From positions 1 to 57,013 of IMG/VR virus record IMGVR_UViG_3300043756_000110: a stretch of 57,013 nucleotides of DNA, one strand, 5' to 3'. The stretch's first letter is position 1. The number at the start of each line of letters is the position of its first letter. The notes beneath the pieces were generated by a model. That model had not been told where the DNA came from. It did not search any database and was given only the letters and a program-made list of their open reading frames with translations. Positions 17,033 to 26,607 of this stretch are shown here, in pieces. This DNA comes from a virus. Its lineage: Duplodnaviria > Caudoviricetes. A program made the translations under genes and the position numbers.

Positions 17033-17096
17033 GCGTAGAATGCCTCCTGCAAAACCGTGATTTATCCACAACAACAAGGAGACAAGGAGATCCATT

Positions 17097-18287
17097 GTGA
17101 AGAAACCCAAACGAACGAAAAACATTATTCACCTGAAAAACGGCAAGCTCGAAGCTTCATTTCACTGGCCAGACGGTAAGCGCTTCCGTAAGCGCATACC
17201 GGATGAGAAAACGGGCGACGACCTTATCGTCAAAGCCGACCACGAAATCAAATTTGGCGACTGGCGGGCGCTCCGAGAGAAGTGGAATGACAGGGGAAAG
17301 AAGGCTGTCGTCATTTCCGAGAAGGACATCTCCATCCCGCAATGCGTCCCGCTGTTTTTGCAGAATTGGTGTCGCAGTCGGCACGACAGCGACTTTTACG
17401 AAAGGGAACTAAAGAACGTCGAGCGGATTCTCCACGACAAGCGGCTGCAATCCTTTACCCGTCAGGATGGGAACTATTTTTACGACACGCGATTGCTGGA
17501 GGTCGCGACGACTGGGCCACGGAAGGGCCAGCAGATCACCACCGAGACGGCGAATCACGGACTCACGGCGTTGAGCGCGATGCTGCGCTGGGCGCATGAG
17601 GAAATGGGATGGATTCCGGCGCATCCAATGAAGGATTTCCAGTGGAAAGAACCGAAAAAGAAAGTGCGGTTCCCAGTGGACGGATTGCAGGTTCGTAATC
17701 TGGTCGAGGAGGCGATTGCAAGGGATGAGGTCGTCGGGAAATGTTTCGGCATTGTGTCCCAGACGGCATTGCGCATTGGCCAGGGAATCGAATTAAAGCG
17801 GCCTCTTTTCGATGTACGCCGGGGGCTGGTCATCGTCGAGCCGTTCAAAGCCAATAAGGACGGCTACAGCATCCCCATTTCTCCGGAGGCGATGGAATAC
17901 GCCAAGGGATTACCCCGCGCACCTGTTGGGTCGGGTCTTGAGCAGTATCTGTTTGTGCGGCAGGATGCGCGGGTCCATTCGGGGCGCAAGTGGGGAATGC
18001 TGGAGCGCACCTATGTCTGCAAGATCTTCGAAGAGGCACGGATCGCGGCGGGCATCGAGGCCAAGATCACGCCGCATGACTTGCGGCACTTTCGTGCAAT
18101 CGAATGGTTGGAAATCGGCTGGGACATCGACAAAGTACGCGAGTGGATGGGCCACACGAGCCTTCTGACCACGAAGCGGTATTTGAAATATTGCCAGGAC
18201 CGCGTCATGGCTGCAGCTGGTGAGATGTACCAACGCGAACAGCAACGGCTGGAGAGGCTGAAGTCGGCGGCAGAGAAGGAGGCGTGA
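17097..18287 (+). CDS. int: Tyrosine integrase
   Basis: Catalytic set TALR, K, HDLRH, MGH and TKRY; N-terminal arm-binding-like domain. Confidence 0.92.
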   Translation: MKKPKRTKNIIHLKNGKLEASFHWPDGKRFRKRIPDEKTGDDLIVKADHEIKFGDWRALREKWNDRGKKAVVISEKDISIPQCVPLFLQNWCRSRHDSDFYERELKNVERILHDKRLQSFTRQDGNYFYDTRLLEVATTGPRKGQQITTETANHGLTALSAMLRWAHEEMGWIPAHPMKDFQWKEPKKKVRFPVDGLQVRNLVEEAIARDEVVGKCFGIVSQTALRIGQGIELKRPLFDVRRGLVIVEPFKANKDGYSIPISPEAMEYAKGLPRAPVGSGLEQYLFVRQDARVHSGRKWGMLERTYVCKIFEEARIAAGIEAKITPHDLRHFRAIEWLEIGWDIDKVREWMGHTSLLTTKRYLKYCQDRVMAAAGEMYQREQQRLERLKSAAEKEA

Positions 18288-18463
18288 TGACAAATTATCA
18301 TTGCCCGGTTTGCGGAACACTCTCCACGATGATCATGGGGCCGGAGCAGGCATTCTGCACCAATGAAACTGACTGTGACGTTATCACGTTCAATCCGAGT
18401 CTGCCTGATGGGGGGATGAGCAATCTCAACTTCATCGATCTTTCCAAGCTGGAGGAGGGATGA
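18287..18463 (+). CDS. 58-aa zinc-ribbon-like protein
   Basis: MTNYHCPVCG...FCTNETDC; overlaps the int stop codon. Not in the ORF track. Confidence 0.55.
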   Translation: MTNYHCPVCGTLSTMIMGPEQAFCTNETDCDVITFNPSLPDGGMSNLNFIDLSKLEEG

Positions 18464-18654
18464 GCGTGAAAAGTCGAATGAAACCGAAACCCAAGGCGAA
18501 AGAGCGTCCCCTCGAACTGGGGAGCACGGCTTGCGGAAAGGCCGATGTCAACGGCGATTTTAGAAACCAAGATAAACCGAGACCCAGCTTGCATGCCATC
18601 ATCGCCAAAGGGAACAGCCGGGGCCGCCACCGCGGTAAGTGGTGGCCCAAATAA
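18460..18654 (+). CDS. Small basic hypothetical protein
   Basis: ATGA overlap; RBS GGAGGAGG. Confidence 0.4.
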   Translation: MSVKSRMKPKPKAKERPLELGSTACGKADVNGDFRNQDKPRPSLHAIIAKGNSRGRHRGKWWPK

Positions 18655-18712
18655 AAGCGGTCTGGATCTGTGAGAGGTGTCAAAAGTTGTACGCAGAGGA
18701 ACGGGAGTTCGT

Positions 18713-18922
18713 ATGAAAGACGCATCGACTGAAGCGATGTTGAGGTCTTGGCTCGACGACAACGGTTGCCGCAGCATCGACACCGCAGTCGCCGCAGATA
18801 TCATGGCGCACCTACTGAAGGTTCGGCAGAACCCTGGACCCGGATATACCTTCGACTCGTTCAAGCATGAATTCTTGCGTGAGTTGGAACGTTACCAGCA
18901 GCAGCGGAAGGAGACGTGGTGA
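18713..18922 (+). CDS. Hypothetical protein
   Basis: RBS GGGAG before MKDASTE; overlaps the next gene. Confidence 0.5.
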   Translation: MKDASTEAMLRSWLDDNGCRSIDTAVAADIMAHLLKVRQNPGPGYTFDSFKHEFLRELERYQQQRKETW

Positions 18923-19137
18923 AGTGTTCATTATGCGGCGACGAACTGCGGGATTGTCTTGCGATAGCGAATCTTGTCACTTACGTCAAGAGGAAGACCG
19001 GCGAATTCCATGATCGTGAGGTCTCCGCTTTGATTAGTGCCGTGCGACAACCCCTTACTGAAGCCGCCCTTCGCCGTTGGCGATCCCAACACAAAGAGCT
19101 TATGCAGTTTGAAGGAGAGATTCGGGAGACCCCATGA
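18916..19137 (+). CDS. Hypothetical protein
   Basis: RBS AAGGAG; CSLC motif. Confidence 0.5.
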   Translation: MVKCSLCGDELRDCLAIANLVTYVKRKTGEFHDREVSALISAVRQPLTEAALRRWRSQHKELMQFEGEIRETP

Positions 19138-19467
19138 GATCATATTTTGTTAACGTATTGATTCTTAAGGCAGTTATGGCACAAACTCGTAGCTGTGGTC
19201 GCTATATAGACTCCAGAGTACGTTTTCCTGCATTCTCCTGCAAATTCCGGCACAAGTACCCTGAACAAAACCTGTTGCGGGGTTTTGTTCACCTCCGTTT
19301 TCCTGCACCGTCCGGCAGGCCATTCGGGAGAGATTCGGGAGATTTGGGTAACCAAAATGGAGAGAAATGGGAGAGATTTCCGCGACGTAGCTAAAGCAAT
19401 AACTGATATGGCAGCTAACCGGAAATTCAGAAGATTTTGAGACCCAAAATGGAGAGATTTAGGAGAG
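19114..19467. repeat. GGAGAGA repeat cluster with an IHF site (attP or origin candidate)
   Basis: GGAGAGATTCGGGAGA at 19114 and 19327; CCAAAATGGAGAGA at 19352 and 19444; AATCAAtacgTTA (IHF consensus WATCAANNNNTTR) on minus at 19151-63. Confidence 0.55.
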
Positions 19468-19476
19468 GTTTTTGAC

Positions 19477-19722
19477 ATGGAAAACACGACGGAATATCAC
19501 AAGTGCGAATGTGGGAATACCTACATAGCGGGACCGAAGCGATTGGTCGATCCGCTGCCACAGATCCAAGTCATCCGAGACTCCCAAAGGGAGCGCCGGC
19601 GCTGCGCGCTGCTGCAGGCGGCAGCGATTATTAGATCCAGTGAATGGAGTGCAACAACTCAGTCGGGTGCGGTGGACGAGGCCGAGGGACTCCTCGCCGA
19701 GATCGAGCGAAGGGAGAAATAA
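19477..19722 (+). CDS. Hypothetical protein
   Basis: RBS GAGG; C-terminus similar to 26820-26957. Confidence 0.55.
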   Translation: MENTTEYHKCECGNTYIAGPKRLVDPLPQIQVIRDSQRERRRCALLQAAAIIRSSEWSATTQSGAVDEAEGLLAEIERREK

Positions 19723-19751
19723 CGTGCCGAACACAACCGGGAGCGTGACTG

Positions 19752-21407
19752 ATGAACGGCACGAATCTGACGGATGCCGATGTTGCTAGTTTCCAAAGAC
19801 TCAGCATTCCGTTGGAGCTTCTTGAAGAAGCCGGCGTCCGTCGAATCACCGATCAGGAGGCGCGCGAGCTAGGTTATCGACGAGAGACCTCAGCGCACCT
19901 CGAAGGCATCCTGTTTCCGTATCTTGGCTTTACTGGCGAGAACGGTACAGGGCGCCTGCGCCGGGATCATCCGGAGAAAGACTCTTCCGGGAAGATTCTG
20001 GCCAAATACCTCACCACATTCGGGGATAAGCGGCACTTCTATGTGCTGCCCTCCGATCGTCTATTCCTGACCGATATCACCGTCCCTGTGGCGATGGTCG
20101 AAGCCGAGAAATCGAAGCTTTCGCTGACATCGATATCACGCGCTTCGAACCGGCCATTATTTGCGATCGGTCTCGGCGGCTGCTACGGCTGGCGCGGAAA
20201 AATCGGAGTTGCCCCCGATCCCGACGGAACGCGTGTGGATGTCAAAGGACCGCTATCGGATTTCGATCACATCACCTGGATCGATCGCCATGTCTATGTG
20301 ATCCTGGATTCGAACGTCGCTTCGAATCCTAATGTGCAAGCCGCGGAGCGCCAGCTCGAGCGGGAATTGCGCCGGCGAGGCGCCATCGTTCATTTGGTTC
20401 ACATACCGGAAGAACGCGGCGTCAATGGTCCCGACGATTACGTCGGGAAATACGGAGCCGAAGCATTCTATGCATTGTTCGATCATTCGGAGCAAAAGCG
20501 CCGCTTCAAGATTGTCGATATCGTCACTTTTGTTACGAAGGATATCCCCCCGCGGGAAGACATCCTGGGACCGATCATCCAGACGCAGAGTACCAACATG
20601 CTCTACAGCAAGCGCGGTGTCGGAAAGACGTTCATGACGCTCGCTATGGGTTGCGCCGTTGCCACCGGCGGAATCTTTCTGGGGCGATGGAAGGCACCGA
20701 AACCTCGAAAGGTCCTTTATATCGACGGGGAAATGCCAAGGGTCACCATGCAGAGACGGCTGAGGTGGATTCTTGCCGGCATGCAGTCCCATATTCGCTA
20801 TGGATCCGATTTCGATCTGATCACGCCGGATGAGCAGGATGAACCGATGCCGTCGTTATCGGGAAGCCTCGGGCAGGAAATGGCGGAAGACGCAATTGCG
20901 CTCCAGGGCGCCGAACTCCTGATTCTAGACAACATCTCGACATTAACGAGCGGTGGAAAGGAAAACGAGGCCGAGTCGTGGCTGCCGATCCAACAATGGG
21001 TGCTGTCGCTGCGTCGTCAAGGGATTAGCGTCTTACTGATTCATCATGCCGGCCGGAATGGCGAACAGCGCGGAACCAGTCGCCGGGAAGACATTCTCGA
21101 TACGATGATCACCCTCCGCCATCCCGAAGATTACGATCCGAGCGATGCCGCCCGGTTCGAAGTCCACTACACGAAATTCCGCAACAGCGATGGCTCCGAC
21201 GCGAACCCCTTCGAGGTCGAAATGCGTATCGAAAATGACGCTGCCATTTGGACGACGAAGAACGTTGTCGATCCGATCCGAGCCACCGCTCTGGAGATGT
21301 TCGATAGCGGCAAAAGCCTACGCGAAATCGAGAAAGCGCTCGGGATTAGCAAGAGCAAAGCTGGACGCATTATTCAGAGATTCAAGGACCGTCAGGATGA
21401 GCAATAA
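19752..21407 (+). CDS. Primase-helicase (DUF3854-like Toprim + RecA-family AAA_25/RepA helicase + C-terminal HTH)
   Basis: VEAEK, ILDSN, GPDD; Walker A SKRGVGKT; LYIDGEM; LLILDN; IHHAGR..QRGTS. Confidence 0.85.
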   Translation: MNGTNLTDADVASFQRLSIPLELLEEAGVRRITDQEARELGYRRETSAHLEGILFPYLGFTGENGTGRLRRDHPEKDSSGKILAKYLTTFGDKRHFYVLPSDRLFLTDITVPVAMVEAEKSKLSLTSISRASNRPLFAIGLGGCYGWRGKIGVAPDPDGTRVDVKGPLSDFDHITWIDRHVYVILDSNVASNPNVQAAERQLERELRRRGAIVHLVHIPEERGVNGPDDYVGKYGAEAFYALFDHSEQKRRFKIVDIVTFVTKDIPPREDILGPIIQTQSTNMLYSKRGVGKTFMTLAMGCAVATGGIFLGRWKAPKPRKVLYIDGEMPRVTMQRRLRWILAGMQSHIRYGSDFDLITPDEQDEPMPSLSGSLGQEMAEDAIALQGAELLILDNISTLTSGGKENEAESWLPIQQWVLSLRRQGISVLLIHHAGRNGEQRGTSRREDILDTMITLRHPEDYDPSDAARFEVHYTKFRNSDGSDANPFEVEMRIENDAAIWTTKNVVDPIRATALEMFDSGKSLREIEKALGISKSKAGRIIQRFKDRQDEQ

Positions 21408-21410
21408 AAA

Positions 21411-21674
21411 GTGGGACACCCCGTGGGACAGCAAAATATGAACGACCCCAAATACCCGCAAATACCCGTGGGACAGTCCCCTTCAGTGGGACAGGAGCGT
21501 GAACTCGCCCCTGGTGAGCTTATCGATCTCATAAGAAAGAAGATGCTCCCGCAAAATGAAATAACCCAACGTGCTGTCCCACTGTCCCACCCCCCTAGAG
21601 CGTGGGACAGTGGGACAGTTGAGAAAACGGCACTGTCCCAAACTGAAAAATTCGGTGGGACAGTCGTGGGACAC
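21411..21674. repeat. Iteron-like TGGGACA cluster (candidate replication origin)
   Basis: 11 copies in both orientations, centred on the inverted repeat CTGTCCCACTGTCCCAC-11 nt-GTGGGACAGTGGGACAG (21574-21618). Confidence 0.7.
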
Positions 21675-21908
21675 TTGGTGATTTTCCCCCTTCCTCCGGG
21701 ACCGGATCGTGTGCTTCGGGCGCTCGGTGCGGAATGGTTGAATACACACCAGATTGCCGTCACGGCCAACCAGGATCCTGGAGACACTTTTCATTGGTTG
21801 GGCGAGTTTGAAGATCTCGGACTCGTCGAACGAACAAACCGCGGAGACGTCGCGCTGCTGACCCGCCGTGACGAGCGGTCACCGATCTGGAGCTGGAGGG
21901 CAAAATGA
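21411..21908 (+). CDS. Protein with a C-terminal winged-helix domain
   Basis: VLRALGAEWLNTHQIA...LGEFEDLGLVERT. Start is uncertain (21438 or later). Confidence 0.55.
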   Translation: MGHPVGQQNMNDPKYPQIPVGQSPSVGQERELAPGELIDLIRKKMLPQNEITQRAVPLSHPPRAWDSGTVEKTALSQTEKFGGTVVGHLVIFPLPPGPDRVLRALGAEWLNTHQIAVTANQDPGDTFHWLGEFEDLGLVERTNRGDVALLTRRDERSPIWSWRAK

Positions 21909-22102
21909 ATCAAAGCATCAAGAAACTTGCGCAAGACATCTTGGAAGGTAAGGTTCCGCTACGCAGCCGAGAAGAAATCAAACAGGAACGCCGGCTTCGC
22001 GGGGAAAAAGAATGGCCGCCCGGTGTAATGATTCTGAACATAGACGAATTTTTACTGCTCGACACCTCAACACTAAAAAAGAAGAAGGCAAAAAATGAGT
22101 GA
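21905..22102 (+). CDS. Small hypothetical protein
   Basis: ATGA overlap; RBS GGAGG. Confidence 0.5.
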   Translation: MNQSIKKLAQDILEGKVPLRSREEIKQERRLRGEKEWPPGVMILNIDEFLLLDTSTLKKKKAKNE

Positions 22103-22595
22103 CTATGGACCCCTTTTCTGCGGCATCGATCCCGGTATGTCGGGAGGCATCGGACTTCTCGACAGCGACGGCCAGTTTCAGGCGGCTTACCCCTGGGCGG
22201 ATACAGAACGCGACACACTTGAGTTGATCTCCGAGTATGCCCCGAAAATCCAAATGGCGTGCCTCGAGGTGGCCTCTTCCCGACCCGGTCAAGGCATTTC
22301 GTCCAATTTCAAGTTCGCGGCGTCCTGGGGGCTTTTACGCGGTTTTGTGATCGCTTTAAGAATTCCCTTTCAGGACGTCACTCCCGTGAAGTGGACCCAA
22401 GCGCTCGGGCTCCGCGGCGGGAAAGGTACCAGCTACACCCAGCGCAAGCGCCTGCATAAAAGCTGGGCGCAACAGTGGTTTCCGCGACTGAAGCTCAATC
22501 ATCAGACAGCAGACGCGATCCTGATTGCGGAATACTGCCGGCGAATGGCGACGACACCACCGTTGATTGCGCAGATGGAGGAACTGGTCAAGTGA
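22095..22595 (+). CDS. RuvC-like Holliday junction resolvase
   Basis: GIDPG, CLE, VTPVKW, ADAILIAEY. Confidence 0.85.
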   Translation: MSDYGPLFCGIDPGMSGGIGLLDSDGQFQAAYPWADTERDTLELISEYAPKIQMACLEVASSRPGQGISSNFKFAASWGLLRGFVIALRIPFQDVTPVKWTQALGLRGGKGTSYTQRKRLHKSWAQQWFPRLKLNHQTADAILIAEYCRRMATTPPLIAQMEELVK

Positions 22596-22607
22596 ACGGA
22601 GTACATT

Positions 22608-22796
22608 ATGAAAAACACCCGTCGCAAGAATCGGCACATCGAATACAGGGGACGCTGTTACACGGCAGCGGAACTCGATGCTCTTTTTGGTTTTCCGCGT
22701 GGAACTATCACAGGCCGGTTAAGTCTGGGTTGGTCACTTGAACGAGCAACAAGTTTGCCGGTTGGTTTCCGTTCAGCAGAGTGTAAAAAACACTGA
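22608..22796 (+). CDS. Small HTH-like protein of the type usually appended to HNH endonucleases
   Basis: IEYRGRCYTAAEL...TITGRLSLGWSLERA; RBS GGAG. Confidence 0.55.
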   Translation: MKNTRRKNRHIEYRGRCYTAAELDALFGFPRGTITGRLSLGWSLERATSLPVGFRSAECKKH

Positions 22797-22850
22797 CATC
22801 GAATTGCAGAATGCATCTGTGCTCTATTTCCTACGGAGGTTACACCGTTT

Positions 22851-23522
22851 ATGAAACTGCTTCGTTTGAGCATGCTCCTAGTGAGCACGCTTGTTCTGTT
22901 TAGCTGGCCGATTTACGCCGACACCATCTCGATTGGTCTCCAAGAAGGCGGCGCTTCGCCAACGACGGTCGCGACGGGGGTCGGTGACGCCAGTGTGACT
23001 CAGGCTTTCGGAACTTTCTCCAGTGTCAGTGTGACGGGCCACGGCCAGTCGACCCTCACCCCGCCCGATGTGCTCTTTTCCAACGCGATCAACACCGCAA
23101 CAGCGATGGGGGGCACGTTGGATATTTTCATCACGGACCAAGGGTTGATCGCGCCCAATGGCACCATTCCGTTTGGTAGCTCCTTCACGGTCAATACGCT
23201 CCCGAGCGGATGGACCGTTGAGGAACTCACCTTCGTCGATGCCAACAACGGCTTATACGGCGGTGCTCCGCTATCCGCGTTCACCTTTTCGAGCATCGGC
23301 ACCAATGCCCAAGCGACAGCGGCCGCGACGGGGATCACGCCGTATTCGGTAACTGAAGAATTTATCGTGCATGCGACGGGCGCCGGCGACAGCAACGACA
23401 CGATTGATTTGACCGCAACGCCCGTTGTGGGTGCGCCCGAGCCCTCCGTGGTATTCTTGCTGGGCATCGGTCTGATGGGCGTAGGGCTACTCAAGCGATG
23501 CAATGTTGTGCGTTGGTTCTAG
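22851..23522 (+). CDS. Secreted PEP-CTERM (exosortase substrate) protein
   Basis: Signal peptide ending IYA-D; Thr/Gly/Ser-rich body; APEPSVVFLLGIGLMGVGLLKR tail. Confidence 0.88.
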   Translation: MKLLRLSMLLVSTLVLFSWPIYADTISIGLQEGGASPTTVATGVGDASVTQAFGTFSSVSVTGHGQSTLTPPDVLFSNAINTATAMGGTLDIFITDQGLIAPNGTIPFGSSFTVNTLPSGWTVEELTFVDANNGLYGGAPLSAFTFSSIGTNAQATAAATGITPYSVTEEFIVHATGAGDSNDTIDLTATPVVGAPEPSVVFLLGIGLMGVGLLKRCNVVRWF

Positions 23523-23827
23523 TGTTGCTGCTTCAAGGGGTCTCGGGTGTCCCGGACCCCATTTTTGCACCGCGTCCGATTCCGTACCCCACCTTTCCGC
23601 CACCGCAGCCGCTACCCCATGCCTTACAAGTCCTCGAACGGAAATCCAATGCAGAACTCCTCGCCGGTTCGGTAGCTTTGGCGAGTGGCATTTTGGTTTT
23701 TGCGTTGATGGATTACTGGCACGAACGACGCGCGGAGAAAAAGAAACGGCGCTCTCCGCTCGAATCGGATGCGGAGCGGAATCGCCGGCAGAGTCCGAAT
23801 CGAAAGAGGAGCGCCAAGCATTACTAG
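23498..23827 (+). CDS. Putative membrane protein
   Basis: Hydrophobic N-terminus, Pro-rich linker, TM segment, basic tail. Confidence 0.4.
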   Translation: MQCCALVLVLLLQGVSGVPDPIFAPRPIPYPTFPPPQPLPHALQVLERKSNAELLAGSVALASGILVFALMDYWHERRAEKKKRRSPLESDAERNRRQSPNRKRSAKHY

Positions 23828-23929
23828 ACAAATCCTGTAGAATGAAAAACAACCTTCCAAAGGATTTGTCTCCTTGTGTGGGTTTACAGAGGCGTCCAGG
23901 AATCACGGCCTAGGACGCCTCACTCGCGT

Positions 23930-24205
23930 TTAATGGCCGTTCGGCCGATTGCCTTTCAGATAGCGAATGATCTCGTCCTTGAATGTACGCATTTCCTCCC
24001 AGAATCGAGTGCTGTCCGCTTTCATGTCCTGAATTTGCTTTCCGGTCTCGATGACCGCAAGGGCCAGCTTCTTGTGCATCTCACGCAACTCCGCCATTTC
24101 CTTGTCGTGCGTTTCAATCGCCAATTGATGCTGCACTTGATGCTCACTGAGAAAGGCCAGCGCGTTATCGATGCGCTTCCAAATTTCGTCAAATTCGTGA
24201 GGCAT
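23930..24205 (-). CDS. Coiled-coil hypothetical protein
   Basis: RBS AGGAG; heptad pattern; similar in style to 8075-8302. Confidence 0.6.
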   Translation of the reverse strand: MPHEFDEIWKRIDNALAFLSEHQVQHQLAIETHDKEMAELREMHKKLALAVIETGKQIQDMKADSTRFWEEMRTFKDEIIRYLKGNRPNGH

Positions 24206-24390
24206 TAGGCTGTCTCCTGTCGTTCAGTCTTGTCACGTTTCGGGAAAATTCTCGATTTATTCCAATACGGACTTTTGCAGTGCGGACAAACCTTCGGCGG
24301 TTTCGGTGTCCGCGGATACCACCGGTGAGTACAGCGATTGCAAACGTAGCTCTTCATACGCATAAGTATATACCCACCGGTAGGACACCA

Positions 24391-24672
24391 TCAAGACGCT
24401 TCGTAAACTTTGCTATTGCGCGGATTGATCACGATCAAATTCATTAATAACAATTCTTCCAAACCATAAACGCGCGATTCTCCGCAGGACTCACATTCAT
24501 AACGGCGCGCATCGGGCTCAACTCCACCAACCTGGCTGCCGCACGAAAGGCAGAAACCTTCCATTTCTCGCTCGACTAAGGCTTGATACTCCTCATCAAA
24601 TACAGGCACGCAAGCGGTCAGCACTTTTCCAGGGGTCTTTGTCGATTCTTTCGATACTTTAATGTATTTCAC
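24391..24672 (-). CDS. Zinc-ribbon protein
   Basis: GFCLSCG...VEPDARRYECESCG...VYGLEELL; RBS AGGAG. Confidence 0.7.
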   Translation of the reverse strand: MKYIKVSKESTKTPGKVLTACVPVFDEEYQALVEREMEGFCLSCGSQVGGVEPDARRYECESCGESRVYGLEELLLMNLIVINPRNSKVYEAS

Positions 24673-24695
24673 GGTTTTATCTCCTGAGTTTCAAT

Positions 24696-25367
24696 TTAGT
24701 GTTGAGGAAAAACGATAGTGATATCTAGCTGCACCAAGCGTTCACTGTCGAAGCACAGCCGACAATCCACGCACTGAGGTTTTTTAGGCGAGCATTCAAA
24801 CGGACATCCGACAAGCTTCTGTCCATCCACCACTAGGGCGCGGCCTCCATTCGATTTGAACGTTTCGTAAAGCTCGGTTCCTTTGAGCGCAACAAAAGCA
24901 GTTGCATAACCGCGCGCCTTAGCCGCGGCAATTTCGGAAAAGTCATCACAGGATGCAATGACGTTTGCGCCCATCCACGATTCCTTTTCGACATCGGCCG
25001 AAGCATGCGTATAGGTGTAGGCTTTCTTCCCGTGTTTGGACTCATGACGGACCATCGCACTACCGACGACAGCAGCATCCTGGTTTGTCGAACAATCGCC
25101 GACGACATGCACTCGCAAATCCAGCTTTCCGCTTAATCGATCGATAGCTGCAGCCTCCTGAATTGCCGTTTCGCTAGCGTCGGCATTCGATCGATTCACG
25201 CGATTGGTCTGAAACTTCACTAAACCTTTCTGGGCATAACATCCGTTGTCATATAACTGGCAGGACTTCGGGCAGCTGACTTGACTGGCATACGTGGCAC
25301 TGACCAGACCGGTCTTTCGGTTCTGGCTGTTTTCCACAGCAAACGCTGATACACTCTTCTCTGACAT
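24696..25367 (-). CDS. Cys-rich Gp88-like (Fe-S / radical-SAM-like) phage protein
   Basis: NRKTG, SCPKSC.....GCYA, LRVHVVGD, AYTYTH, CVDCRLC. Confidence 0.6.
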   Translation of the reverse strand: MSEKSVSAFAVENSQNRKTGLVSATYASQVSCPKSCQLYDNGCYAQKGLVKFQTNRVNRSNADASETAIQEAAAIDRLSGKLDLRVHVVGDCSTNQDAAVVGSAMVRHESKHGKKAYTYTHASADVEKESWMGANVIASCDDFSEIAAAKARGYATAFVALKGTELYETFKSNGGRALVVDGQKLVGCPFECSPKKPQCVDCRLCFDSERLVQLDITIVFPQH

Positions 25368-25441
25368 TCTCGTTTCCTCGCAAGGGTTTCGGGTTTGTTA
25401 CCGGGCTCGCCAAGGTTGGCGCCAAGGCGAGCCCAAACTAT

Positions 25442-25663
25442 TTAAAGCATTAACTGATAACGTTCTTCACACTCGCGAAGGAACGCTTGATAACCTTTCG
25501 CATACTCGCCAGCTGCCGGCGCGAACGCGACTTTCTCCTCGACATTCATGTAGTAAAACCAATGGTCCGCAAACGGCCGACCTTGCGATAGCGCAGCGTT
25601 TACTGCATCCAATACACACTGATAAGCTTGCTCTTTTGTGTACATACTCACTTTGTCGTTCAT
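25442..25663 (-). CDS. Hypothetical early protein
   Basis: RBS TAAGGAG directly after a strong promoter. Confidence 0.65.
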   Translation of the reverse strand: MNDKVSMYTKEQAYQCVLDAVNAALSQGRPFADHWFYYMNVEEKVAFAPAAGEYAKGYQAFLRECEERYQLML

Positions 25664-25685
25664 CGTGTCTCCTTATGTACCTATA

Positions 25686-25714
25686 AGAATATTCCTGTAG
25701 GTATACTCTGTCAA
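25686..25714 (-). promoter_or_regulatory. Strong sigma70 promoter of the leftward early operon
   Basis: TTGACA-17 bp-TATTCT. Confidence 0.7.
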
Positions 25715-26455
25715 GCCTTATTTCGCGCCCCTTCTCTTTTTTTTCTTTCCCCCGTCTTTGACGTTTGGTACCATGCGTGCATGTATGCAGAATGCATGCA
25801 ATGCCCGAGGTCTGTTCATTTCATTGAACGCGTTCCAAGCCTTTTCGCGCGCGCGACCCTTTCCCTCTTTTTTTTTTCTTTCCCCCTCCCCTAATGAGGC
25901 TTTCCCACCTGTGCCCCCATTCGAGCCTCGGTTCAAGCACTGCCCCGCCCGCATTCCTCACTATGGTGCATCTCACTATAGTGATTACTACTACAGCGCT
26001 CTCCCCGTGCCAGACACTCCGTGCAGCCTCGAGCCCGCGAGAGAGTCTCTAACCCTGTCACAGCGCGGCTTGCAGCGCGTTCGCATGCCTGCTCAGTACC
26101 TTGGAGTTGTCCTCGATAGTTCGCATATAGCTCGCTTAGCTACGCTGTATCCACGCTAAGTCCTTGCTCTGTCAGTCTTTACCGCGCGCGCTCCCGATTC
26201 GCATCTCCCGTTCCTCTCCTCCGCGGTTGGCCGATCGAGTTTCGAGTTGTCCGTCCACCCCGGTCCGCTCGTCGCCGTCTACGCTTTTCCCGTGTCCGCA
26301 CGCGCAAAAAATAAAAAAGGGGAGTAGGATGGGAGGGCAAGTGAGATAGAACGCTGAAGGCGGGGAGCCGCGTGAGGAGACCGACCTCTTCAGAGCGGGC
26401 GAGGATCCGCGAGTTTTCAGAAGTACGGTGTGTATTGCAACATGCGTTTCCTTTC

Positions 26456-26497
26456 GTCCCGGCGGGGGGTAGACAAGCCTGACTGCCGGGATTTTTT
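26456..26497 (+). terminator. Possible intrinsic terminator
   Basis: TCCCGGC...GCCGGGA followed by T6. Confidence 0.4.
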
Positions 26498-26563
26498 ATG
26501 GTAGGGTAGAGGGAACACTCCAAATAGGAAACAGTCGGCAGACTGATAGATAGGACCAAGTCC

Positions 26564-26593
26564 GCCCCGGTATCGGTTCCGGGGCTTTTTTTT
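26564..26593 (+). terminator. Intrinsic terminator
   Basis: GCCCCGG-8 nt-CCGGGGC followed by T8. Confidence 0.7.
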
Positions 26594-26607
26594 ATTCATT
26601 TGACAGG

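Noticed and set aside
21873-21893. Unit G read in sense gives ERSPIWS, as in the C-terminus of ORF 21411
   Set aside because: Both serines use the other codon family (AG vs TC), so only 5 of 7 dinucleotides match, and the orientation is opposite to unit A.
25715-26600. tRNA genes or the short ORFs listed in this gap
   Set aside because: No cloverleaf or T-loop consensus was recognised, and the ORFs are low-complexity with no RBS.
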